From contig CAWAWS010000007.1 of the NCBI GenBank assembly GCA_963785725.1, forward strand, positions 736,001 to 800,000: 64,000 nt of DNA, written 5' to 3'. The stretch comes from an uncultured delta proteobacterium (GTDB lineage Bacteria; Myxococcota_A; Polyangia; Palsa-1104). The notes under the pieces were generated by a model. The model saw only the letters and a list, made by a program, of their open reading frames with translations. It did no database searches and was not told where the DNA came from. Position numbers and translations under genes: made by a program. Below are positions 10,335-22,176 of this stretch, in pieces. Position 1 is the stretch's first letter. Every line of letters begins with the position of its first letter.

Positions 10335-10739
10335 TCAGCCGCCGAACTGCGCCTTGAGCTTGTCGTCCCATTCGTCGGCGACGCGGGCGACGGTGTCGAG
10401 CATGTCGACGAACTCGTCGAAGTCGAGCGACTCGAGCGAGCGCAGCGCGCGCAGATAGACGCGGCCGGTCTCGCGATCGATGGAAAACGCGCCGTCTTCC
10501 GTCGCCAGATAGTTCAGCTCGAGCAGCCGGCGATAGAGATCTTCGCGATTGCGCTCGGGCACGTCCATGATCGGCGCCAAAAAGAGGATGAACCCTTTCT
10601 GCTCGACCACGTTGATTCCGACGGTGGCCGAGCCGCGCGCGACCTGCGTGAAGCCGTCTTTATCGAGCGGATCGATCGTAACGCCGATCAGCTCGGCGAA
10701 CCGCTGGATGTACTCTGCCACCCGCTTGACGTCGGCCAT
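10335..10739 (-). CDS. YbjN/CesT-like chaperone-fold protein
   Basis: Acidic 134 aa, LYRRLLELNY...GAFSID, ADEWDDKL; GGAGG SD. Confidence 0.75.
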   Translation of the reverse strand: MADVKRVAEYIQRFAELIGVTIDPLDKDGFTQVARGSATVGINVVEQKGFILFLAPIMDVPERNREDLYRRLLELNYLATEDGAFSIDRETGRVYLRALRSLESLDFDEFVDMLDTVARVADEWDDKLKAQFGG

Positions 10740-10758
10740 GTGGCCCTCCGAGCCCTTA

Positions 10759-12334
<1,576 letters not shown>

Positions 12335-12479
12335 TCCTCACAGTGTAGTCACCACGCCACTGGTTGCCATTTGGAAATGAGTTACGGTAGTTACGGATCG
12401 CCGATCGGCGGCGATAAACGCGTTCCATTGGCGATTTCGCGGAAGCTGAAACACGTTCTATTTTGGGTGACGACCGCCG

Positions 12480-15345
12480 CTAATAGACGGTGAGCTCGGC
12501 GATCGACCACCAATTGGCGGCGCTGCCGGTCTGCACGATCTTGAAGTAGCGCGCGGTCGTCGGCGTGAACGCGATGTCGACGACGTTGGTCGTGCCGGTG
12601 CCGCTGGCGATGGCGCTGCCCCAGCTCGTGCCGTCGCTGGAGACGAACAGCTGGTAGCCGCGCGGATAATCGCCGGCGCTCGTGCCGTCGTCGAGCGTGA
12701 TGAGCGAGATCGTCTTGGCGGCGAGCATGTCGACGGTGAACGTCTGGCCGCTGGTCTGCGCGACGCCGGTCGTCCAGCGCGTGGCGATGTTGCCGTCGAT
12801 GGCGTTGCCGACGACGTCGGTGGTCGAGCTCGGCGACGCTTTGAGCGCCCAGCCGGTCGGATCGAGCGACGCGACCGCGTAGACGTTGAGCTCGCCGACG
12901 GACCACCAGCTGGCGCCGGTGCCGGTCTGCACGATCTTCAAGTAGCGCGCGGTCTCGGTCGCGAAGCGGATGGTCGTGAGCGCCGACGTGCCCGAGCCGT
13001 TGGCGATCGACGTGCCCCAAGTCGTGCCGTCGGTGGAGACGTAGACTTCGTAGCCGCGCGGATAGTCGTTGGTGCTGCTGGTGGCGTTGAGCGTGACCTC
13101 GGCGAACGTCTGCGGCTTCTGCATGTCGATGACGAGCTGCTGGCCGGCGGTCTGCGCGGCGCCGGTCGTCCAGCGCGTCGTCGGGTCACCGTCGAGCGCG
13201 TTGCCGGCCGAGGCCGAGCTGGCCGCGGGCAATGCGGCGGCGGTCCAACCGGCGCGCGACAGCGGCGCCGCCGAAGCGGCGATCGAGCCCAAGTCGGGCG
13301 ACGACGTGACCGCGAAGTCGGCGGGCTTGGTCGGCGGGCTCAAGTCGGCAGGCACGCTCAAGTCGGCGCCGACGCTCATGTCGGCGGGCGGCGGCGCGAT
13401 GCCGGTGCCCGACGGCGAGTCGTAGACGTTGAGGTCGTCGATGGAGAACCAGCTGGAGCTGCCGGCGGTCAAGACGATGCGCAGGTAACGCGCCGTCGTC
13501 GTCGGCAGCAGAGATCGACCAACTTTGGTTCGTGGCCGCGCCGCTGACGATCGGGCTCGACCAGGTTTGCCCGTCGTTCGAGGTCACGAGCTGCCAGCCG
13601 GCCGCGTAGTCGCCGTTGCCGCCGGCGAGCACGCCGACCTCGTTGAACGTCTGTGGCGCGCCGAGGTCGAGCTGGAACCACTGCCCGGCCGCTTGCGGAA
13701 CGCCGGTCGTCCAGCGCGTCGTCAAGTCGGCGTCGATGGCGTTGGCCGGCGGCGAGCCGTTGGCGCTCAGCGACGCCGACGCCACCCAGCCCGTGCGCGA
13801 CAACACCGGCGCCGGATCGAGGCTATACGCCGTCAGCTGCGCGCTCTCGTCGAGCACGTAGAGGATGCCGTTGGCGACGACCGGGCTCTCCCAATGGATC
13901 TTGCCGATGGTGCCGTCGCTCCACAGCTGCGCGCCCGTCGTCGGTGACAGCGCGTAGACTTTGTTGGTCGTCGAGTAATAGAGGACGTTGTTGGCGAGGA
14001 GCGGCGAGCCGCCGCCGGTGTCGAATTGCCACATCGTCTGCAAGGACGGATTGCCCGAGCCGTCGATGAGCAGCTTGAACGCGGCCAAGCCGTTGGTCGG
14101 GCTGGCGACGAACGCCCAGGTCGAGTTGTCGGCCGGGTTGACCCACGTCGGCACGGCGTTCTGCACTTGACCGCCTTGCGGCAGCGCCATCGAGAAGAGC
14201 TCGCCGGCGACGTGGCCGGGACCACCCTGACCGCTCATGTTGTCGAGGTTGATGATGCGCAGCATGGCGTCTTTGCCCGACTGCAGCGCGATGTGCGGAT
14301 ACTTCGACCCGCTGTTCAACAGGAGCGCCGGCGCCGTCGAGCCCAAGTCGAGATCGGCGTTCTGCAGCGTCTGATAATTGGTCGGCGTGTAGCTGTCGAG
14401 CGGCTGCCCTTGGCCGTTGCCGGTGCCGTCGGGATTGAGCGCGAGCAGCGAGTCGCCCCAGGTGAACGTGGCCGGGTTGAACGTGCCGTTGCCGGTGCCG
14501 GCGAGGATGCGGTTGGAGTCGGAGTCGTAGACGATGCCGACGCGCGCCCACAGCGCCGACTGGATGATCGCGCAGTCGCCCGCGCCGCCGTTGACGAAGT
14601 GGACCGGGCGATTGCTGCAGGCGGCGTTGAAGACGTTCTGCGCGCCGGTGTTCAGGTTGACGGTGGTCAAGTGGCCTTGATAGGTGCCGCCGTCGCCGAT
14701 GAAGGCGCTCGTGGCCATGTACAAGTAGTTGACGCCGTTGGCGGTGGCGGTGGCGATGGCGGAGCTGCCCTTCTCGATCGTCGGCTTGAGGGTGACGAGC
14801 TGCGGGAAGCCGGTGGTCTTGAGCTCGTTGCCGGTGGCGACGTCGAACTTGTGCACGTAGCCGTCGACGCCGTAGCTGTAGACGAACGCGCGCGACGGAT
14901 CGACCGCCGCCGACGACGACGTAATCTGCGTCGCCGTCGCCGGCTGCGCCGACCACACGGTGGCGCCGGTGTGCGCGTCGAGCGCGACGATGTGGCCCGC
15001 TTTCGTCGTCACGAACGCGAGGTCGCGCACGCCGCCGGTGGCGGTCTGCGCGGCCGTCAAGATCGCGGGCGCGCCGTCGCCGACCGCGGGCAAGGTGACG
15101 CGAAAGATCTGCTTCAAGCCGCTGACGTTGCTCGGGCTGATGCGGCTCTCGAGCGTGTTGTTGCCGCTGCGCCGGACGTCGCCGTAGAACTGCAGCCAGT
15201 CGTAGTTGGCGGCGAGCGCCGACAAGCGACGCTGGGCATCGCTGACGCCGGAGCCGTGATTGTCGGTGCGAGCACAGCTGCCGAACGTGAATGCGAGGGC
15301 GAGCGAGAAGCTGCAGGTGCCGAGCCGGCGGGCGCGTGAATGCAT
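12480..15345 (-). CDS. Secreted PQQ-like beta-propeller protein with three F5/8 type C (discoidin) domains (one apparent frameshift at about 13510)
   Basis: GGAGG SD; signal/lipoprotein-like N-terminus; propeller repeats (ALDAHTGATVW, ALSPTTGAQLW); three NAIDG..TRWTT..WWSIAE repeats spread over two frames. Confidence 0.85.
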
Positions 15346-15481
15346 TCCATCCTCCATCGAGGACGAGACTCTAAGCACTCGATCGTGTCGTCGCCGTGAT
15401 TTCACGATCGACGCGCTGCTCTGCAAATCACGACGCGGAGATGCGCGATCCGCTAGCGGAAAGTCTGAGCCGCAGCGACGG

Positions 15482-16843
15482 CTACTCGTCGACGTTGGCG
15501 ATGCCGTACTTCTTGATCAGCCGGTGCAAATACACGCGGTCGAGGCCACCTTCGCGCGCCGCCTTCGACACGTTGCCGCCGGCGCGCCGCAAGAGCTGCA
15601 CGACGTAATCGCGCTCCCACGACGCGATCAGCCGCTCTTTGGCCTCGCGGAAGCCTTCGTTGCCGACGGTCGGCCAAGCGTGCGCGCCCGAGCCGTGCGT
15701 GTTCGGCGGCGCCTCCAAACCGAGCAGCGACGGATGCAGCACGCGATTTTGCCCCATCAGCGACAGGCCGCGGTCGATGACGTTCTTCAGCTCGCGCACG
15801 TTGCCCGGCCAGTCGTATTCGGTGAACAGCGCCAGCGTCTCCGGCGGAATCTCGACGTCCTTGCCGTGCAGGAAGCGGCCCACGAGCGCCGGGATGTCCT
15901 CTTTGCGCTCGCGCAAGGGCGGCAGCGTCACGCGCACGACCGCCAGCCGATGGTAGAGATCGTCGCGAAAACGGCCCGCCTTGGCCTCTTCGCGCAGGTC
16001 GCGGTTGGTGGCCGCGATGACGCGCACGTCGACGTCGCGATAGTGCGCCGCGCCCACGGGCTTGATGCGCCGCGACTCGAGCGCGCGCAAGAGGCGCGGC
16101 TGCATGTCGAGCTCGAGCTCGCCGATCTCGTCGATGAAGATGGTGCCGCCGTGCGCCTGCGCGAACGCGCCTTCGCGATCGCGGTCGGCGCCGGTGAACG
16201 CGCCGCGCACGTGGCCGAACAGCTCGGACTCGATGAGCGAGCGCGACACGCCGGCCAGATCGCAGACGACGAACGGCCCTTTGGCGCGCGGCCCGGCGGC
16301 GCGAATCGCCTCCGCGCACAGCTCCTTGCCGGTGCCGGTCTCGCCTTCGATGAGCACGGCCACGTCGGACTGCGCCACCAGCTCCAGCATGGCGAACACT
16401 TCGCGCATCTTCAGCGACGGGCCGTCGAGCGCGCCGAAGCGTTCGCGCGTCGACGGCAAGATCGGGTGCGAGCGCTCGGTCGTGGCCAGCTTGAGCTCGC
16501 TGCCGCCGACGGTGACGACCGCGCCCGGGCCGACCGTCACCTCGTTGAACTGCGCGCCGCCGAAGAAGCTGCCGCTGGTCGAGCCCAAGTCTTTGACGAC
16601 GACGCCGCGCGCGCCCATCTGCAGCTCGAGGTGCTGGCGCGACACCGCGCTGTCGCTGAGCACGAGGTCGCAATGCGGCGCGCGCCCGACGAAATAGGTG
16701 CCGCGCTCGAGCTCCAGCTGCTTGCCTTGATCGGGCCCCGACAGGACGATGACGCGCAGCTTCTCCGGCACCACCGGCGCCTTGCCGGGCGCGGCGATGT
16801 CGGTGCGCGGCACCGTATTGGGGTCCCAGTCGTCCGGCGTCAC
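15482..16843 (-). CDS. FHA-domain sigma-54 enhancer-binding protein
   Basis: FHA (VGR...VSRQH...DLGSTSG), GETGTGKE, GAFTGA, DEIGEL, WPGNVREL, C-terminal HTH. Confidence 0.93.
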   Translation of the reverse strand: MTPDDWDPNTVPRTDIAAPGKAPVVPEKLRVIVLSGPDQGKQLELERGTYFVGRAPHCDLVLSDSAVSRQHLELQMGARGVVVKDLGSTSGSFFGGAQFNEVTVGPGAVVTVGGSELKLATTERSHPILPSTRERFGALDGPSLKMREVFAMLELVAQSDVAVLIEGETGTGKELCAEAIRAAGPRAKGPFVVCDLAGVSRSLIESELFGHVRGAFTGADRDREGAFAQAHGGTIFIDEIGELELDMQPRLLRALESRRIKPVGAAHYRDVDVRVIAATNRDLREEAKAGRFRDDLYHRLAVVRVTLPPLRERKEDIPALVGRFLHGKDVEIPPETLALFTEYDWPGNVRELKNVIDRGLSLMGQNRVLHPSLLGLEAPPNTHGSGAHAWPTVGNEGFREAKERLIASWERDYVVQLLRRAGGNVSKAAREGGLDRVYLHRLIKKYGIANVDE

Positions 16844-16921
16844 TGCGGCTACGTTAGCACCCAACCTCGCGTGCGGCAGCCTAAACCGCCGCCGTCGCCA
16901 AGTCGGATCACGAGCGAGCGG

Positions 16922-17383
16922 TCAGGATTTTATGTGCAGCGGCTGGTGCCGTTCGAGCGCGGCGGTGGCGCCGTTGAAGAAGATCTTCCACGCCTGGCGC
17001 AGCTGCTCGGCGAGGATCTTTTGATCGTCGTCGTAGCTGTCCTCGTCCTCTTCGCTCTCTTCCTCTTCCTCGTCCAGCTCGTCCTTGAGCTCGTCGAGCA
17101 CTTCCAGGAGCAGCGGCAAGGAGCCGATGCGCAGCTCGGCCACTTCGAAGATGCCGTCGAACTCGACGGGCAGGTAGATGTCGGCGGCGGTGTCGTGACC
17201 CTCCAGCCAATCCATGAACTCGGAGAGCGCGGTGTCGTCGAGCCCTTCGGCGACGTGCGCGGGCGCCGAATCATCGGCGCGCGGAAGCTGTGGAGCGCCC
17301 GCCTTCTCGAGGTGCGCCGCTAGCTCGGCGATCTCGTCGTCATTGAGGCGATCGGTCAGGGGGGCGATGTCGATCTCGGCCAT
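16922..17383 (-). CDS. Acidic hypothetical protein
   Basis: 153 aa ORF with host-like codon bias and an Asp/Glu tract. Confidence 0.7.
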   Translation of the reverse strand: MAEIDIAPLTDRLNDDEIAELAAHLEKAGAPQLPRADDSAPAHVAEGLDDTALSEFMDWLEGHDTAADIYLPVEFDGIFEVAELRIGSLPLLLEVLDELKDELDEEEEESEEDEDSYDDDQKILAEQLRQAWKIFFNGATAALERHQPLHIKS

Positions 17384-17464
17384 GCACGATCGCCTAACGG
17401 ATTTGCCGCTCGCTTGTCAATGTCGCGCACACGAAGTTTGACATCCTGCGCTACACTGGAGTCG

Positions 17465-20146
17465 ATGAACGTCGCTAGGGCCCTGTCGCCGCTCGTCGGT
17501 CAAGCGCGCAGCCAGCAGGCCGAAGCCTGCCGCGCCTTTCTGGACGCCGCCCACGCGCGCTTACGCGAGGCGCACTTTGCCGGCGCGCCCGGCGACGAAA
17601 CGGCGCGTGACTGGGCTTACGCCGCCGACGAAGTGGTGCGCGCGCTCTTCCGCGCCGCGCTGGCCGAGCAGCCGGATCTGCCGGTGGCGCTCGTCGCCGT
17701 CGGTGGCTATGGCCGCGCCGAGCTCTGCCCGTACAGCGATCTCGACCTCTGGCTGCTCGTGCCGACGAACGACAAACGCGCGCAGCTATTGGCGGAAGCG
17801 ATCTTGTACCCGCTCTGGGACTTGAAGCTCGAGGTCGGTCACGCCGTGCGCACGGTCGATGACGCCATCAAGCAGGCCAAGGGCGATCTGACGGCCGCGA
17901 CTTCGCTGCTCGACGCGCGCTTCCTCGACGGCGATCAGGCGATTTGGGCCGATTTCTTGCGCGCCGTGCCCAAGCTGTTCGAGCGCGACGTCAACGATGT
18001 CATCAAGAAGCTGGCCAAGGAAAAGGCGGAGCGTCAGGCGCGCTTCGGCGAGACCGTCTACCTGCTCGAGCCCAACGTCAAGAACGGGCAGGGCGGCTAT
18101 CGCGACCTCCTGGTCGGCTTGTGGGCGGCCAAGGCGCGCTATCGCGTCGGCGATCTGCCCGATCTGGTCGGCGCCGGCTTGTCGTCGCAGCGGCAGGCGC
18201 AGGCGCTGGTGGCGGCGCGACGCTTCTTCTTGGAGATCCGAACGGCGGCGCACTTCGCGGCCAAGCGGAAGCAAGATCGGCTGACCTTCGAGATCCAAGA
18301 GGCGATCGGGCCGCGGCTGTTTCCCGAGCCGCGGCCGTCGTCGCACGAGGGCGTCGAGAGCGCAGTCGAGCCGTCGGTCGAGGCGCTGATGCAGCACTAT
18401 TTCGTGCACGCCAAGACGGTGCAGCGCGAGACCGATCGCATCTTGGCGCGCTGCCTCGTCGAGCCGCAGAAGAAGCCGACCCTGCGGCCGATCGACGCCT
18501 CGTTCACGCTCTTCAACGGCAAGCTGGCGCTGACCGATCCCGACGTCTTCAAGCGTCGTCCGTCGGAGATGCTGCGCATTTTCAACGTCGCGCTCGACTC
18601 CGGCGCCGAGATCTACGGCCATACGCAAGATCTCATCGTCGAGCAGGTGGCGCAGGCGACGTTGACCGACGATCCGCTGGCCGGGCGCGAGCTCATGAAG
18701 CTCATCGCCGACGACCGCGACAAGCGCAACCCGTCGCTGCTCGAGCAGGCGCACGATCTCGGGCTCTTGGCCGCGGTCATGCCCGAGTTCGCGCCCTGCA
18801 CCGGCCGCGTGCAGCACGACCTCTACCACGTGTTCACCGTCGACCAGCATCAGCTGTACGCGGTCGGGCGGCTCAAAGCGTTGGCGCGCGGCGAGCTCGG
18901 CGAGGAGATGCCGACGGTGACGCAGGCGATGTCGGAGGTCAAACGGCGCGCGCCGCTCTATCTCGGCACGCTGCTCCACGACGTCGGCAAGCCGCTCGGC
19001 AAAGGGCACTCGGAGACGGGCGCGCGACTGGCGGTCGCGATCGCGACGCGGCTCGGCCTGTCGCCCGAAGACGTGTCGCAGACGGAATTCCTCGTGCGCA
19101 AACACCTCCTGCTCTCGCATCTGTCGCAGCGCCGCGACTTGAACGACGTGGCGATGATCGCGAATTTGGCGCAGGAGCTGACCGACGAAGAGACGCTGCG
19201 CGAGCTGTATCTGCTGACGGTGGCCGACATGTCGATGGTGGCGCCGGGCAACTTGACCGAGTGGAAAGAGCAGCTCCTGCGCGAGCTGTACACGCGCACG
19301 CTCGGGTTTTATCGGCGCGGCCCGGACTTGGCGGGCCACGGCGGCGTCGACGAGCAGGCGGCGCTGGTGGCGCGGCGGCGCAAGCGCGTGGCCGAGCTCA
19401 TGGGCACGAGCGAGGACGAGCTGGCGAGCTGGTTCGCGTCCTTGCCCGATCGCTACGTCACGCTGACCCAGCCGCGGCAGATCGCGCGCCACGTGCAGCT
19501 GTCACGCCGTCGCAAGGGCCCGGTGGCGATCGAAGTCGTGCATCGGCCGCGCAAGGCGGTCAGCGACTTCACCGTCTGCGCCGACGACGCGCCGGGCCTC
19601 TTGGCGAAGATCGCCGGCGTGCTCGTGGCCCATCGCGTCGACGTCTTGCAGGCGCAGATTCACACCCGCGTGGTCGACGGCGTGGTCGTCGAGGCGCTGG
19701 ACACGTTCATGACGCGCGATCGCTACGGCCGGCCGATCACCGATCCGGCGCGCTGGCAGCGCGTCGAGGCCGATCTGACGCGCGTGCTCGGCGGCTTGGC
19801 GACGGTGGCGCAGGTGATCGACGAGCGGCGCGAGAAGTCGTCGCTGCCCGAGCGCGTCGTGCCGCAAGTGCGCACCGAGATCACCGTCGACAACGACGTC
19901 TCGGCCGACTTCAGCGTCGTCGACGTCTACACGCACGATCGCTTGGGCGTCTTGTATACGATCACGCAGACGCTGGCGCAGCTGAAGCTCGACATTCAGC
20001 TGTCGAAGGTCTCGACCGAGGGCTCGCGCGCCGCCGACGTGTTCTACGTGCGCGAAGGCCACGGCGGCAAGCTCGACGCCGAGCGCGTCGACGAGGTGAA
20101 GCTGGCGCTGGCCGAGGCGATCGGCCACTTGCAGTCGCGCGCCTGA
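17465..20146 (+). CDS. glnD: [Protein-PII] uridylyltransferase/uridylyl-removing enzyme
   Basis: AVGGYGRAELCPYSDLDL NTase motif, LEPNVKNGQGGYRD, HVFTVDQH, LLHDVGK HD domain, two ACT domains. Confidence 0.96.
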   Translation: MNVARALSPLVGQARSQQAEACRAFLDAAHARLREAHFAGAPGDETARDWAYAADEVVRALFRAALAEQPDLPVALVAVGGYGRAELCPYSDLDLWLLVPTNDKRAQLLAEAILYPLWDLKLEVGHAVRTVDDAIKQAKGDLTAATSLLDARFLDGDQAIWADFLRAVPKLFERDVNDVIKKLAKEKAERQARFGETVYLLEPNVKNGQGGYRDLLVGLWAAKARYRVGDLPDLVGAGLSSQRQAQALVAARRFFLEIRTAAHFAAKRKQDRLTFEIQEAIGPRLFPEPRPSSHEGVESAVEPSVEALMQHYFVHAKTVQRETDRILARCLVEPQKKPTLRPIDASFTLFNGKLALTDPDVFKRRPSEMLRIFNVALDSGAEIYGHTQDLIVEQVAQATLTDDPLAGRELMKLIADDRDKRNPSLLEQAHDLGLLAAVMPEFAPCTGRVQHDLYHVFTVDQHQLYAVGRLKALARGELGEEMPTVTQAMSEVKRRAPLYLGTLLHDVGKPLGKGHSETGARLAVAIATRLGLSPEDVSQTEFLVRKHLLLSHLSQRRDLNDVAMIANLAQELTDEETLRELYLLTVADMSMVAPGNLTEWKEQLLRELYTRTLGFYRRGPDLAGHGGVDEQAALVARRRKRVAELMGTSEDELASWFASLPDRYVTLTQPRQIARHVQLSRRRKGPVAIEVVHRPRKAVSDFTVCADDAPGLLAKIAGVLVAHRVDVLQAQIHTRVVDGVVVEALDTFMTRDRYGRPITDPARWQRVEADLTRVLGGLATVAQVIDERREKSSLPERVVPQVRTEITVDNDVSADFSVVDVYTHDRLGVLYTITQTLAQLKLDIQLSKVSTEGSRAADVFYVREGHGGKLDAERVDEVKLALAEAIGHLQSRA

Positions 20147-21195
20147 TGTCGTCGGCGCCGCCCAGCCGCGCGAGCGAAGAGCCGCGGCGCGCGCCGATTC
20201 CCGGCCACTGCCTCAACTGCGACCGGCCCGTCACCGACAACTTCTGCGCCCACTGCGGGCAGGAGAACAGCGACTATCGCGTGTCGTTGAAGCGCCTCAT
20301 GGGCGATCTCTTCGACGAGCTGTTTCAGCTGGAAGCGCGGGTGTGGCGCTCGCTCATGCACCTGTTCCGCCATCCGGGCCGCTTGACCGCCGATTACAAC
20401 GACGGCCGCCGCGTCCGTTACACCTCGCCCTTGCGGCTGTATTTGATGGCCAGCGTCACCTACTTCTTCGTCGCGGCGCTCATGCCGCCGAGCGCCTCGG
20501 ACGTGAAGATCGACTTCGGCGACGGCGAGCAGACCTTCAAGGAGCTGGGCGCGCCCAAGAGCGGCTTCGACCGCTTCGTCCGCGACCGCCTCGGCCTCCA
20601 CGACGGCATGCAGCTGCGCGACGTGCAACGCCACACCAACGAAGTGCTGCTGGCGAACGCGCCCAAAGTCATGGCCGTGCTCGTGCCGCTGTGCGCGCTC
20701 CTGACGCTGGCGCTGTTTCGCCGGCCGCGCCGCTACTTCGTCGAGCATTTGGTGCTGGCGCTGCATCTGCACGCGGTCGCGTTCTGGCTGCTGCTGGTGG
20801 CGCTGCTGACGCGTTGGGAGCACGCCTCGATGCTGGCGCTGCTCTTGGCCGGCGTCTGGATGCTGCTGGCGTTGCGCGCGCTCTTTTCGCAGCCGTGGTG
20901 GCTCACCATCTTCAAGAGCGGGCTCATGGCGACGATCTACCTGACCTTCGTCGCCATCGGCATCGTCGTGGCGCTGATGATTCAGGTCTTCTCGATCGCG
21001 CGCTTGAGCTCGGCGGCGTCGGCGAAGCGCTTGGCCGGCTCCTTCTCGAGCGCCTGCAAGATGACGCGCTCGAGCGGCTCGGGCAGCTCGGGACGCAAGG
21101 AGCGCGGCGCCCGCGGCGGCTCCGACACGTGCGCGAAGCCAATCGCGATCGGCGTCTCGCCGGCGAACGGCGGCCGCCCGGCGAAGATGTGGTAG
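20146..21195 (+). CDS. DUF3667 domain membrane protein
   Basis: CLNC...FCAHCGQ zinc ribbon, PGRLTADY..GRRVRY.SPLRLY, EHLVLALHLH; TGATG coupling to glnD; 3' end uncertain. Confidence 0.8.
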   Translation: MSSAPPSRASEEPRRAPIPGHCLNCDRPVTDNFCAHCGQENSDYRVSLKRLMGDLFDELFQLEARVWRSLMHLFRHPGRLTADYNDGRRVRYTSPLRLYLMASVTYFFVAALMPPSASDVKIDFGDGEQTFKELGAPKSGFDRFVRDRLGLHDGMQLRDVQRHTNEVLLANAPKVMAVLVPLCALLTLALFRRPRRYFVEHLVLALHLHAVAFWLLLVALLTRWEHASMLALLLAGVWMLLALRALFSQPWWLTIFKSGLMATIYLTFVAIGIVVALMIQVFSIARLSSAASAKRLAGSFSSACKMTRSSGSGSSGRKERGARGGSDTCAKPIAIGVSPANGGRPAKMW

Positions 21196-22154
21196 CCGAG
21201 CGCGCCCAGCGAGTAGACGTCGGTGCGCGCGTCGCACGGCAGCCCGCGCACCTGCTCGGGCGCCATGTATTCGGGCGTGCCGACGATGAGCCCGGTCGCC
21301 GTCATGCCGGCCATGAACGTCGCCTTGGCCAGCCCGAAGTCGATCACTTTGGCCCGCCGCTCGGCGTCGAGCAGCACGTTCGACGGCTTGAGATCGCGGT
21401 GCACGACGCCGGCCGCGTGCGCCGCCGACACGCCGTCGCAGATCTGCGCCATGAGCAGCCGCGCCTCGTCGATGCGCAGCACGCTCACGCGCTGCAGATA
21501 GGTCGCCAGCGTCATGCCGTCGACGAACTCCATCGACAGCAGCAACAGCGCGCCATCCTCGACGAGATCGTGGATGCGGATGACGTTGGGATGCGTGACT
21601 TTGCGCGCCGCCGACACTTCGCGGCGAAAGCGATCGGCGGCCGCCTCGGCGTCGACCGCCATCGCCGAGTTGATGATCTTGAGCGCCACGCGCTCGGCCA
21701 GCTTCTCGTCGGCGGCCAAGTAAACCGCGCCCATTCCGCCGCGGCCGAGCTCGCGCTCGATCGTGTAGCGGCCGGCGATCTTTTGCCCCGGCTGCAGCGC
21801 CGTCGCCAACAAGGAGCCGCGCGCGATCGCCAAATTTTCCGGCAGCGCCTTGCCCGCCGTGGCGCCACCGATGGGCGGCAGCGCGCCGATCGACGACTGC
21901 GCCGCCAACAACTTATTGAGCCGCGCGTTGAGCTCGAGATCGACCGAGCAGACGATGCTCTCCAAGTTCTGCACGCGCGCCTCGAGCTGCTTGCGCTCCT
22001 CGCGCTCTTTTTCGCGCGCTTCGAGCTGCTTCGGATCGTCGCGACCTCCCTTGAGCAGCGTCTGCTTTTTGAAGCGGAGGTAGCTGGCGAAGCCGGCGAA
22101 GCCGAACGTGCTGCCGAAGACGATTGCCACGACCAGCACCGTCGTAAAATCCAT
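20982..22154 (-). CDS. Ser/Thr protein kinase with N-terminal TM and coiled coil
   Basis: GRGGMGAV, HRDLKPSN, DFG, GTPEYMAPE. Confidence 0.93.
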   Translation of the reverse strand: MDFTTVLVVAIVFGSTFGFAGFASYLRFKKQTLLKGGRDDPKQLEAREKEREERKQLEARVQNLESIVCSVDLELNARLNKLLAAQSSIGALPPIGGATAGKALPENLAIARGSLLATALQPGQKIAGRYTIERELGRGGMGAVYLAADEKLAERVALKIINSAMAVDAEAAADRFRREVSAARKVTHPNVIRIHDLVEDGALLLLSMEFVDGMTLATYLQRVSVLRIDEARLLMAQICDGVSAAHAAGVVHRDLKPSNVLLDAERRAKVIDFGLAKATFMAGMTATGLIVGTPEYMAPEQVRGLPCDARTDVYSLGALGYHIFAGRPPFAGETPIAIGFAHVSEPPRAPRSLRPELPEPLERVILQALEKEPAKRFADAAELKRAIEKT

Positions 22155-22176
22155 ACCGCGTGATACCGTACGCGCC

